From NCBI GenBank assembly GCA_035536455.1, contig DATLOC010000053.1, positions 61,095 to 125,094 on the forward strand: a stretch of 64,000 nt of DNA. The letters are read 5' to 3'. The notes below the pieces were generated by a model, which searched no databases, was not told the origin of the DNA, and saw only the letters and a list, made by a program, of their open reading frames with translations. A program made the position numbers and the translations under genes. This document shows, one piece after another, positions 20,120 through 28,742 of this stretch (position 1 is the first letter of the stretch; each line of letters starts with the position of its first letter). Source of the stretch: Thermoanaerobaculia bacterium. GTDB lineage: Bacteria > Acidobacteriota > Thermoanaerobaculia > Multivoradales > UBA5704.

Positions 20120-20157
20120 GAGCGAGGCCGACTCTAACCTCCCGTCATAATCGCCGC

Positions 20158-21414
20158 GTGCTGCGCGATGCTGCTCTGCCGCCGGGGGTTGCAGCGCCGC
20201 CGTTCGCGGCGCGGGTGCGGGCGGGGGTCGGGTACGAGGGGGCGGTGTGGGACCCCGAGGCGCTGGGAAATCTCGTGGCGAGGCTGGCGGAGGAGGGGCC
20301 GGCGCTGGCTGCGCTCTCCGATGCGCGGATCCTTGCGGCGTGGGCGGGGGCGGTGAGCGAAATCGGGCGCGTCGTCGAGGATGTTCTGCCTGCGCTCTGC
20401 GGTCTCTCCCCCGCCGGCACGCGCGCGGGGCTCGAGCGGGTGCTCGGCGGGGTGAGCGGGGAGCCGGCGCGGCGGCTGTTCGCGGAGGCCGAGCGGCGCC
20501 GCAGCGGGGCTCGCGGCGGCGGGCCGGTGCTCGTGGTCCTGGCTTCCAACCTGCCCGGTCTCGCGGTGCAGCCGCTGCTCGCGCTGCTCGCACTCCGCCG
20601 CCCGGTCCTCTTGAAGTCCCCCTCGGCCGAGCCGCTCTTCGCGCCGGCCTTCGTCGCGGCGCTCGCGACACGGGAGCCGGCCCTCGCCGGCGCGGTCGCC
20701 GCCGCGACCTGGCCGGGCGGCGACCGGGCGCTGGAGGCGCCGGTCCTCGCCGGAGTCGAGCGGGTGATCGCCTACGGCGAGCGGGAGAGCCTGGAGGACC
20801 TGGAGCGGCGCGCGCCGGGGAAGATCGTGGGGTACGGGCCGAAGACGAGCCTGGCGGTGATCGCGCGCGAGGCGGTGACCGCCGAGACCGCGGCGCGGCT
20901 GGCGGAAGACGTCGCCCTCTTCGACCAGCGCGGCTGCCTCTCCGTCGCCGCGGTCTACACCGACGGCGACGCCGCCGCGCTGGCGCGCCACCTGGCCGCG
21001 GCGCTGGCGGCGCTGGCCGAGCGCTGGCCGCCGGGGCCGCCCACACTTGCCGAGCTCGCTACGGTGCAGCAGCTCCGCTCGGAGGTGGAACTGCGGGGAG
21101 CGAACTCTCTTCAGGTAGGGAGAAACACGGCGGCGGGCACGGTGATCGTCGACGATGCGCCGGCCTTCCGCTCTTCGCCCGGCCTGCGCACGGTGCGCGT
21201 GCATCGGACCGCCGACCTGGCGGCGCTCCCCCACCTGCTCTCCCCCTGGCGCGGCCGCCTGCAAGGCGCGGCGCTCGCGGGAGACGCCGCCTGGGCGCTC
21301 GCCGCCTCCCTCGAAGAGCTAGGGATCTCGCGTTGCGCGGCGCCGGGCGAGCTGCAGTCCCCCGACGCCCTCTGGCACAACGGCGGCGTGCACCCGCTGG
21401 AAGTCTTGGTCTAA
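20158..21414 (+). CDS. LuxC-family acyl-CoA (acyl-protein) reductase
   Basis: VLASNLPGLAVQPLLALLALRRPVLLKSPSAEPLFAPAFVAAL...WPGGD...VIAYGERESLEDL...FDQRGCLS parallels the LuxC layout (NVP..., KxSS..P, catalytic Cys context). GTG start. Confidence 0.75.
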   Translation: MLRDAALPPGVAAPPFAARVRAGVGYEGAVWDPEALGNLVARLAEEGPALAALSDARILAAWAGAVSEIGRVVEDVLPALCGLSPAGTRAGLERVLGGVSGEPARRLFAEAERRRSGARGGGPVLVVLASNLPGLAVQPLLALLALRRPVLLKSPSAEPLFAPAFVAALATREPALAGAVAAATWPGGDRALEAPVLAGVERVIAYGERESLEDLERRAPGKIVGYGPKTSLAVIAREAVTAETAARLAEDVALFDQRGCLSVAAVYTDGDAAALARHLAAALAALAERWPPGPPTLAELATVQQLRSEVELRGANSLQVGRNTAAGTVIVDDAPAFRSSPGLRTVRVHRTADLAALPHLLSPWRGRLQGAALAGDAAWALAASLEELGISRCAAPGELQSPDALWHNGGVHPLEVLV

Positions 21415-22235
21415 CCCCGCGAGACGATCTTCGCCAGCGCCGCCTCGGGCGTCTTCCACCCCTCGCCGCTGATCCGCCCGACCTCGCGCCCGCCGACGTA
21501 GACGATCCCGACCGGCACGCCGTGCACGTTCAGGCGCTGGGCCTCCGGGTGCTTGAGGTCGCGCGGCAGGCCGAAGTACTCGATCTGCACCTTCGACCCC
21601 TTGAGCTGCTCCTCCACCTTGAGCAGGTGGGGCAGGTACTGCTTGCAGAACGGGCACCAGGAGCCGAAGAAGACGCGCACCTTGACCGGCTTCGCCGCCT
21701 TCTTGAGCGCCGCGATCTGCTGCCCGTTCGGGCGGTAGGCCTGGGCGCCGCGGCCGTAGCTCGGCGAGTAGGCGCGCAGCGCCGCGGCGTTCTTGGCGCC
21801 GAGCAGCGGCGGCTTGGTCTTGAGCTGCGCCTGGCGGCCGTCGACGGTGAAGGCGACGTCCTCGCCTACCACCTTGAACTGCCCCTGCGGCTCGAGCACC
21901 GCGTCGGCGAGGAGGTCGATCGTGCCGTTCTTCTGCTTGGCCACCTTCATGATGTGGACGGTCTCGACCGACTGCTGCCGCGGCAGCAGCATGACCGGCG
22001 ACGGCAGCGACGAGGAGAGCACCAGGATGGCCGGCACGGCCTCGGCCTGGTAGATCTCGGCGCTCACCGGCTTGCCGCCCACCCAGAGGACGAAGTCGCC
22101 CGTCGGCTCGAAGCCGCGCAGCACCGCGTCGGAGGGGACCTGCGCGGCGGCCGCGCCGGCCATGCAGAGCGACGCAAGAAAGGCGAGGAGGAGCGCCGCG
22201 GGGCGGCGGGGAGTCGTCGGGATCCGGTGCGTCAT
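21411..22235 (-). CDS. secreted thioredoxin-fold (TlpA-like) protein with unknown N-domain
   Basis: Signal sequence ...ALLLAFLASLCMAGAAAAQ. Thioredoxin motif FFGSWCPFCKQYLPHL. Its start overlaps the stop of the upstream gene by 4 nt. Confidence 0.8.
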   Translation of the reverse strand: MTHRIPTTPRRPAALLLAFLASLCMAGAAAAQVPSDAVLRGFEPTGDFVLWVGGKPVSAEIYQAEAVPAILVLSSSLPSPVMLLPRQQSVETVHIMKVAKQKNGTIDLLADAVLEPQGQFKVVGEDVAFTVDGRQAQLKTKPPLLGAKNAAALRAYSPSYGRGAQAYRPNGQQIAALKKAAKPVKVRVFFGSWCPFCKQYLPHLLKVEEQLKGSKVQIEYFGLPRDLKHPEAQRLNVHGVPVGIVYVGGREVGRISGEGWKTPEAALAKIVSRG

Positions 22236-23230
22236 CGTTCGTCGCCTCTCGTCAGAGCGGGGCCGAGCCCCGCGTAGGTCTCGATCACTTTGCCCTGCCG
22301 GACCCGGAAGGCGCGCGGCAGGCTGCGGTAGAGCGGGCGCACCACCGCGGGCGGCGCATCGCGGATCTGGAAGGCCGGCCCCCAGCGCCAGTAGAAGGCC
22401 GTGTGCTTCTCGGGCGGGGCGGCGGAGACGACCACCAGCCCCGGCTGCCCGGCCTCGCCGGCGTATGCGTTCAGCCTCTCGACCGCCTCCCCGAACGCCG
22501 GGTCCTCGAGATCGGCCAGCACCACCAGGTGCTCGCCCTCGGCGAGCTCCGGCGCCACCGTGTCGAGGCAGACCCGCTCGCCCTCGGTGCCAGCGCAGAG
22601 GTCGGCGACCTCCACCCCGCGCTTCAGCCGCGTCGCCAGATCGTCGAGCGGCAGCGCCGGCGACCGCCAGGCGAAGAGCGCCGCCCCCGCCGCGGCCAGC
22701 AGGGCCGCCGTGCCGCGGAGCGGCGGGAACGCCCGCCCGCCGCGCGGCCGCCCGACGAAGGCCAGGGCCAGCGCCGGCACCAGGAGCAGGAGGTCCTGCC
22801 AGAACGCCTCGGCCGGCGTGCGCTGCACCAGGTTGCCGAAGCAGCCACAGGCGGCGGCCTCCGGCGGCGCGATGCCGCGCACGTCCATCCAGTACGCCCT
22901 GCCGGTGAGGAACAGGAAGAAGGCGACCAGAATTGCCGCCGGCACCAGCACCCAGAGGCGGCGGACACCGAGGAGGAGTGCCAGGCCGAGCCCAACCTCG
23001 AGGGCGATGACGGCCAGGGCGAGCGGCCCCGCCGCAACGAAGCGGTCCAGCCCCTCGAGGCGGATCTGCTCGGCGAAGGCGGCCGGGTCGAGCGCCTTGG
23101 CCCAGGCGGCGAAGAGGAGCACCGCGCCGAGGACGACGCCCGCCGCGGTGCCGATCCAGCGCGCCCGGCCGGGCGCGCGCGCCGCCGCCAGGCTGGACGG
23201 CGCGGTCGCGGTCATGGAGGAGCCGTTCAT
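22232..23230 (-). CDS. MauE/DoxX-family membrane protein fused to a thioredoxin-like C-domain
   Basis: The N-half is polytopic (FAAWAKALDPAAFAEQIRLEGL..., CGCFGN motif typical of MauE). The C-half is soluble and alpha/beta-like. An alternative ATG lies at 23215. 4-nt overlaps at both ends. Confidence 0.7.
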   Translation of the reverse strand: MNGSSMTATAPSSLAAARAPGRARWIGTAAGVVLGAVLLFAAWAKALDPAAFAEQIRLEGLDRFVAAGPLALAVIALEVGLGLALLLGVRRLWVLVPAAILVAFFLFLTGRAYWMDVRGIAPPEAAACGCFGNLVQRTPAEAFWQDLLLLVPALALAFVGRPRGGRAFPPLRGTAALLAAAGAALFAWRSPALPLDDLATRLKRGVEVADLCAGTEGERVCLDTVAPELAEGEHLVVLADLEDPAFGEAVERLNAYAGEAGQPGLVVVSAAPPEKHTAFYWRWGPAFQIRDAPPAVVRPLYRSLPRAFRVRQGKVIETYAGLGPALTRGDER

Positions 23231-24177
23231 CGAACGCCGATCCTACCCGGACCGCCTGCCGGCCGCGCCTGCAGCACCGTCGTCCCCGCCAGCCGGTCGT
23301 GCAGCGCCAGGCGCTCGGGGCCCAGCGCCATCCAGAAGCCGGCGCCGAGCGGCAGCGCCGAGAGCGCGTAGCCGGCGAGGCGGAGGAGGGCGCGGCCGAC
23401 CGAGAGGCCGGCGCGGCCGTCCGGGCCGTGCACGGTCAAGCCGAGGAGGCGCTTGCCCGGCGTCGTCCCCCAGAGGCACCAGCCGGCGAGCGGCACGAAG
23501 AGGGCGAGGAGGCCGGCGAGGACCCAGGCCAGGAGCCGGCCGCGCGGCGTGAACGGGCCCCCGAGCGGCAGGGCGAGGACCGACGCGCCGGCGACCACCG
23601 CCACGGCGTCGAGCGCGAAGGCGCCCGCCCGCGCCCAGAACTCGGCGGGCACGAGCTCCACCGGCACGGCAGGCGCCGGCGTGGGCGGTGCGGCCGCCGG
23701 CGCGGGCGGCGGCGCGGCCGGCGGCGGCGTCCTGTCGAGAGCCGGTACGTGCCAGGGCGCCGGCGAGGCGATCCCCGGCGGCGAGGTCAGGTCGCCGGAG
23801 GTCGAGGAGGCGGCGGCCAGCTCCTCGGGCGTGGGGACGGGCACGACCCGCGACGGCCGGCGGCCGTCGTCGCGGGCGAAGCGGAGGAAGGCCTGCGTCT
23901 CCCCCACCGTCAGCCGGTCCCCCTCGGCCATCGGCGTCTCGGCCTCGACGCGCTGGCCGTTCAGATAGGTGCCGTTGCTCGAGCGCAGGTCCTGGACGGT
24001 CACCCGGTCGCCGCGCACCCAGACCAGCGCGTGGCCGCGCGACACCGCCGGGTCCTTGACCACGACGCCGCAGCCGCGGCTGCGGCCGAGGGTCGTCTCC
24101 CCCTCGCGCAGCTCCACCCGCCGACCCTGGATCTCCAGCACCCAGGCGCCGCGGCCGGCGCGGCTGCCGCCGGTCAC
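23227..24177 (-). CDS. FHA-domain protein fused to an RDD-family membrane domain
   Basis: FHA core: TLGRSRGCGVVVKDPAVSRGHALV...VQDLRSSNGTYLNGQRV. A Pro/Ala linker follows. The C-terminal RDD-like TM region reads FWARAGAFALDAVAVV...GTTPGKRLLGL...LHDRLAGT. The GTG start overlaps the uvrA-like stop (GTGA). Confidence 0.8.
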   Translation of the reverse strand: MTGGSRAGRGAWVLEIQGRRVELREGETTLGRSRGCGVVVKDPAVSRGHALVWVRGDRVTVQDLRSSNGTYLNGQRVEAETPMAEGDRLTVGETQAFLRFARDDGRRPSRVVPVPTPEELAAASSTSGDLTSPPGIASPAPWHVPALDRTPPPAAPPPAPAAAPPTPAPAVPVELVPAEFWARAGAFALDAVAVVAGASVLALPLGGPFTPRGRLLAWVLAGLLALFVPLAGWCLWGTTPGKRLLGLTVHGPDGRAGLSVGRALLRLAGYALSALPLGAGFWMALGPERLALHDRLAGTTVLQARPAGGPGRIGVR

Positions 24178-27068
24178 GAGGCGGCGCCGGCGGCCAGCTC
24201 CTCCATCTCCAGCTCCTCCGCCGCCGGCCAGCGGAGGTGGCGGCGGAGCTCGCGGGCGGTGGGGCTGTCCGCCTGCTCCAGGAAGGGCTCGAGCGGGCCG
24301 GAGTAGAGGAGCTCGCCGCCGTGGGCGCCGCCCCCCGGCCCGAGGTCCACGATCCAGTCGGCGCGGGCGATCAGGTCCGGGCTGTGCTCGACGACGACGA
24401 CGCCGTCGCCGCGCTGCACCAGGCGGCGCAGCATCTGGTAGAGGAGGTCGATGTCGGCCAGGTGCAGGCCGGTCGTCGGCTCGTCGAAGAGGAAGAGCCG
24501 CCGCCCCTCACCCTTGGGCCGGTCGAGGAAGCTCGCCAGCTTGAGCCGCTGCGCTTCGCCGCCGGAGAGGGTCGAGGTGGGCTGCCCGAGCCGCAGGTAG
24601 CCGAGCCCGACGTCGGCGAGGAGGCTCAGCCGGCGCCGCAGGCGGCGCTGGTCGGCGAAGGCGACGATGGCCGTCTCGACGGTCAGGTCGAGGGTCTCGG
24701 CGATGGTGCGGCCGCGGAAGCGCACCGCCAGCACCTCGGGGCGGAAGCGGCGCCCCTGGCACTGGTCGCAGGGTACGGTCACCGGCGCCATGAACTGCAT
24801 GTCCACCTCGGTGACGCCGGTGCCCTGGCACCCTGGGCAGCGGCCGCGGTCGAGGTTGAAGGAGAAGTGCGCGGCGGTGATGCCGCGGGCGCGGGCATCG
24901 GGCAGGCCGGCGTAGAGCTTGCGCAGCTCGTCGTAGGCCTTGATGTAGGTGATCGGGTTGGAGCGGCTGGAGCGCCCGAGCGGCCGCTGGTCGACGAGCG
25001 TCACGTCGGCCAGCTCGTCGAGCCCGAGGAGGGCGTCGCAGTCGCCGGGGTCCACGTCCACGACGCCGCGCGCCCGGTGGTAGGTGCCGTAAAGGACGTT
25101 CTCGACCAGCGTCGACTTGCCCGAGCCGGAGACGCCGGTCACCGCCACCAGCGCCCCGAGCGGGAACTCGACGTCGATGCCGCGCAGGTTGTGGGCGCGG
25201 GCGCCGCGCACCGCGACCCGCGGCAGGCCCGACAGCTCCTCGACCAGCGACTCCCAGCCGTTCTCGCGCCGGAAGCGGGCCATGTGCCGGCGCGCCGGCG
25301 TCGGCGGGCGTTCCTTGAGATACCGCCCGGTGAGCGAGCGCTCGCAGGCGAGGATCGCCGAAAGGGGCCCCTCGGCCACCACCTCGCCGCCGCGCTCCCC
25401 CGCCTGCGGCCCCAGGTCGATGACGTGGTCGGCGCCGCGGATGAGCGTGCGGTCGTGCTCGACGACCAGCACGGTGTTGCCGCGCGCCGCGAGGTCGCGG
25501 AGGAGATGCAGGAGCCGCTCGCTGTCCTGGGCGTGGAGGCCGATCGTCGGCTCGTCGAGGACGTAGAGGGTGCTGGTGAGGCCGCCGCCGAGAGCCGCCG
25601 CCAGATGGATGCGCTGGGTCTCGCCGCCCGAGAGCGTCCGCGCCTGGCGGTCGAGCGTCAGGTAGTCGAGGCCGACGCGGTGCAGCACCTCGACGCGCTC
25701 GGAGAGCTCGTCGAGGAGGTGGCCGGCGACCTCGCGCTCGCGCGGCGTCCAGCGCACCGTGCGCAGCCAGACGCGCAGGTCCTCGACCGAGAGGGCGGCC
25801 AGCTCTGGCAGCGTCCGGCCCTTGAGGCGCACCGCCGTCGCCTCGGCCTTCAAGCGCGTGCCGCCGCACCCCGGGCACTGGGTGTAGGAGCGGTAGCGCG
25901 CGAGCAGCACGCGCACGTGGACCTTGTAGGTGCGGTTCTCCAGCCACTGGAAGAAGCCGGTCAGGTTGACGAACTTGCCGGCGCCGCTCCACACCCACTC
26001 CTGCGTCGCGGCCGGGAGATCGGCCCAGGGAACGTCGAGCGGCACCCGCTTGCGCCGGCAGGCGGCGTAGAGCTCGTCGTACAGCTCCTCGTAGGCGGGC
26101 GTGTTCCAGGGCGCGATCGGGCGCTCGCGCAGCGTCCGGCGCGGGTCGGGGACCACGCGCTCGCGGTCGATGCCGATGACCCGCCCGAAGCCCTGGCAGA
26201 CCGTGCAGGCGCCGAGCGGCGAGTTGAAGGAGAAGAGGGCGGGGGTGGGGCGGCGGAGCGGCTCGCCGCAGACGCCGCAGGCGAGCTCGCGGGCGTAGAG
26301 CCGGACGCCCAGCGGCCCGCGCGCTTCCGCCCGCCCGCCGGCCATGCGGTAGGCCTCCTCCAGTGTCGCCGCCAGGCGGGCCGAGGCGTCCTCCCCGTCC
26401 GCTCCCGCGCGGAAGCGGCCGAGCACCAGCGGCAGCGGATCGAGCTTGGCCGCCCAGGGCTCCCCCGGCTCCATGCGCCGCGCCTCGTCGCCGTCGAGGC
26501 GCCGCGCGAACCCCTGCCGGATCAGCTCGGCGAGGGCGGCGTCGGCTTGGCGGCGCGGGCGGGGCAGGCGCACGACGACGAGGAAGGGGTCGCCGACGGC
26601 GCCGGCGGCAAGCTCCGCCGCGGCCTCTTCGACGGTGACGGCGCGCGCCGGGCCGTGCCCGTGCGGGCAGACGACCTCCCCCAAATGGGTGAAGAGGAGC
26701 CGGAGGACGTCCTGCGTCTCGGTGATCGTGCCCACCGTCGAGCGGGCGTTGCGCACCGCGTTGCGCGCCTCCAGCGCCACCGCCGGCAGCACGTTGTCGA
26801 TCGCATCGACGGGCGGCCGCTCCATCTGGTCGAGGAACTGTCGCGCATAGGTGGACATCGACTCGACGAACCGCCGCTGCCCCTCGGCGAAGACGGTGTC
26901 GAAGGCGAGCGAGGACTTGCCGGCGCCGGACGGGCCGGTGACGACCGTCACCGCCCGGTGCGGGATGCGGCAGTCGATCCCTTTGAGGTTGTGCGTGCGG
27001 GCGCGGCGGACCAGGATGGCGGGGCTCTGCGGCATCTTTGGCGGCCCCGCCCCGGACGCGCCGGCCAA
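24174..27068 (-). CDS. uvrA: UvrA-family ABC ATPase (excinuclease ABC subunit A or a divergent paralog)
   Basis: Walker [11 protein letters not shown] and [10 protein letters not shown]. Signatures [12 protein letters not shown] and [12 protein letters not shown]. Walker [13 protein letters not shown] and [12 protein letters not shown]. Zn modules CGVC..CTVCQG, CPGCGG, CPGCQG..CDQCQG. It diverges from canonical UvrA in the signature domain ([23 protein letters not shown] instead of PAISIDQK). An alternative ATG lies at 27035. Confidence 0.8.
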   Translation of the reverse strand: MAGASGAGPPKMPQSPAILVRRARTHNLKGIDCRIPHRAVTVVTGPSGAGKSSLAFDTVFAEGQRRFVESMSTYARQFLDQMERPPVDAIDNVLPAVALEARNAVRNARSTVGTITETQDVLRLLFTHLGEVVCPHGHGPARAVTVEEAAAELAAGAVGDPFLVVVRLPRPRRQADAALAELIRQGFARRLDGDEARRMEPGEPWAAKLDPLPLVLGRFRAGADGEDASARLAATLEEAYRMAGGRAEARGPLGVRLYARELACGVCGEPLRRPTPALFSFNSPLGACTVCQGFGRVIGIDRERVVPDPRRTLRERPIAPWNTPAYEELYDELYAACRRKRVPLDVPWADLPAATQEWVWSGAGKFVNLTGFFQWLENRTYKVHVRVLLARYRSYTQCPGCGGTRLKAEATAVRLKGRTLPELAALSVEDLRVWLRTVRWTPREREVAGHLLDELSERVEVLHRVGLDYLTLDRQARTLSGGETQRIHLAAALGGGLTSTLYVLDEPTIGLHAQDSERLLHLLRDLAARGNTVLVVEHDRTLIRGADHVIDLGPQAGERGGEVVAEGPLSAILACERSLTGRYLKERPPTPARRHMARFRRENGWESLVEELSGLPRVAVRGARAHNLRGIDVEFPLGALVAVTGVSGSGKSTLVENVLYGTYHRARGVVDVDPGDCDALLGLDELADVTLVDQRPLGRSSRSNPITYIKAYDELRKLYAGLPDARARGITAAHFSFNLDRGRCPGCQGTGVTEVDMQFMAPVTVPCDQCQGRRFRPEVLAVRFRGRTIAETLDLTVETAIVAFADQRRLRRRLSLLADVGLGYLRLGQPTSTLSGGEAQRLKLASFLDRPKGEGRRLFLFDEPTTGLHLADIDLLYQMLRRLVQRGDGVVVVEHSPDLIARADWIVDLGPGGGAHGGELLYSGPLEPFLEQADSPTARELRRHLRWPAAEELEMEELAAGAAS

Positions 27069-27160
27069 GGGTTCAACCTGCGGCCGGCGGCGGCGGGGCG
27101 AAGCACGCCATCATACAGCCGTTCCCGCCCCGCGCAGTGCTGCCGCCGGGAGGCTGCGGC

Positions 27161-27856
27161 CTAGAAGCGCGAGCTGGCGCGAGCGTCGCGCACGACCTCG
27201 ATCTGCTCGGCAAGCAGGCGGCTGCCGAGGTCGCGCACCTCGACCTCCACCTCGTCGCCGCGCTCGAGGTTCTCGGGCTCGTAGTTGCGGCCCTCGAAGC
27301 GCACCACGGTGTCGGCGTCGTAGTGGACGACGACGCGGCCGCTGCGCACGTCGGACTCGAAGCTGCGCTCGACGTCGACGTTCTCGAGCTCGATCGTGCG
27401 GTCGCCGGTGTCGACGTAGCGGACGATCCCGCGCAGGTCGGCGTAGCTGCTGCCCGTCGAGCTGCCGGTGCCGCTGCCGCGGCTGATGTCGGAGAGCACC
27501 TCGATCTGGTTGGCGACGAGGCGGCTGCCGTTGCGCTCGACGTCGGCGGCGATGCGGTCGCCGCGCTCGAGGTCGCCGGGCTCGTAGGTGCGCCCCTCGA
27601 ACTCGACGCGCGTCTGGTCGTCGTAGTAGAGCGCTACCTGGTCGGCCTCGTTGCGCAGCTCGGAGCGGTAGTCCTCGGCCTCCAGCCAGATGATGCGGGA
27701 GCCGGTGTCGACGCGCTCCACGGTGCCGCGCACGTCGCCGGCCTGGCTGGGCGAGCCGCCGCCGCCCAGGATGTCGCCGATGTCGGTCGAGCCGCAGCCG
27801 GCGACGGCCAGGGAGAGGCAAACGATTGAAAGGAGGAAGGTTCGGGTCGTTCTCAT
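27161..27856 (-). CDS. lipoprotein made of two tandem copies of a ~90-aa domain
   Basis: ATG 27856 and lipobox LSLAVAGC. Repeat 1: VRGTVERVDTGSRIIWLEAED...VEFEGRTYEPGDLERGDRIAADVERNGSRLVANQIEVLSD. Repeat 2: LRGIVRYVDTGDRTIELENVD...VRFEGRNYEPENLERGDEVEVEVRDLGSRLLAEQIEVVRD. Confidence 0.75.
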   Translation of the reverse strand: MRTTRTFLLSIVCLSLAVAGCGSTDIGDILGGGGSPSQAGDVRGTVERVDTGSRIIWLEAEDYRSELRNEADQVALYYDDQTRVEFEGRTYEPGDLERGDRIAADVERNGSRLVANQIEVLSDISRGSGTGSSTGSSYADLRGIVRYVDTGDRTIELENVDVERSFESDVRSGRVVVHYDADTVVRFEGRNYEPENLERGDEVEVEVRDLGSRLLAEQIEVVRDARASSRF

Positions 27857-27995
27857 GGTGTTGGCTCCTGGTTGTGGAGACCCGTCGGGCGTCTCTGGGA
27901 GGTAAACAGAGCAGGAGCCGTGCCAGCTGCGGACGCCCGGCGCGCCGGGTGACGGCCGGAGCGGGCGACGCCAGCCCGCCCCGGCCGCTCGGCGA

Positions 27996-28583
27996 TCAGT
28001 CGTCGTGGCCGCACCCCCGGTGGTGGCGGTGGTGGCCGCGGCCGCGCTTGCCGCGGTGCTTGCCGCCGTGACGGTCGTCGTCGCGGTCGTAGCGGCCGCG
28101 GCGGTCACGGCGGTCGTAGCGATCGTCATAGCGGTCGCGGCCGTAGCGGTCGTCGCGGCCGCGACGGTCGTACCGGTCGTCGTAACGACCGTACCGATCG
28201 TCGTAGCAGTCGCGGCCGTAGCCGTCGTAGCCGGCGAAGCGGGGCGCGTAGCGGTCGAACGCCCAGTAGGGGTCCACGTCGTAGCTGCGGAAGTGGGCGC
28301 CGACGAGCGGGCAGGACTCGTGGTGGTAGTAGCGGCCCGCGTCGTGGAAGCAGGAGCGGCTGCACTGGTGGCCGCGGTAGCGGATCGGCCGGTCGTAGCG
28401 GTAGTAGTAGGCGGGTTGGGAGGCGAAGCTCGGTCTGCCGAAGACGAACGAGATGTGCGCGGCGCCGACCCGGAAACCGGCGCCGACCGCGAGCCAATCG
28501 TGGTAGGCCCGCGCCTCGGGGACGAGACCTGGAGCGAACAGCGTCGCCCCGACCAGGACTCCGGCCACAAGCAACTTGCGCAT
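27996..28583 (-). CDS. secreted protein with Cys/His core and extreme Arg/Tyr/Asp-rich, His-rich C-terminal tail
   Basis: Strong SD (AAGGAGG) 9 nt upstream of ATG 28583. Signal peptide MRKLLVAGVLVGATLFAPGLVPEARA. Tail: DDRYGRYDDRYDRRGRDDRYGRDRYDDRYDRRDRRGRYDRDDDRHGGKHRGKRGRGHHRHHRGCGHDD. Confidence 0.65.
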   Translation of the reverse strand: MRKLLVAGVLVGATLFAPGLVPEARAYHDWLAVGAGFRVGAAHISFVFGRPSFASQPAYYYRYDRPIRYRGHQCSRSCFHDAGRYYHHESCPLVGAHFRSYDVDPYWAFDRYAPRFAGYDGYGRDCYDDRYGRYDDRYDRRGRDDRYGRDRYDDRYDRRDRRGRYDRDDDRHGGKHRGKRGRGHHRHHRGCGHDD

Positions 28584-28684
28584 CGCTGTGAAACCTCCTT
28601 TGCTGGCCGGCAGGGATCACGAAATGTGCCAGCGGGACGGGAGGACGGCCGCCCAGGGCGGGCGTCGCGGTGAGGCCGGCGCGC

Positions 28685-28700
28685 GTCCACGGCCGTGGAC
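28685..28700. promoter_or_regulatory. perfect 16-bp palindrome GTCCACGGCCGTGGAC in the divergent promoter region upstream of the XRE gene
   Basis: I checked by hand that the sequence equals its own reverse complement. Its 3' end lies 43 bp upstream of the XRE start codon (28743). Candidate operator. Confidence 0.45.
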
Positions 28701-28742
28701 GAGGGAGCCGCCTCGAGGGGTCGGGCGCGGTAGGCTTCGGAC

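Noticed and set aside
24237-27164. 975-aa plus-strand ORF antisense to the uvrA-like gene. The same situation applies to 30153..33746, 15648..17048, 17849..20137, 40869..42014, 46964..48676, 55292..57718, 57959..59683 and 62242..63804.
   Set aside because: In every case the opposite strand or another frame encodes a protein with unambiguous family signatures. These ORFs are low-complexity and lack start contexts.
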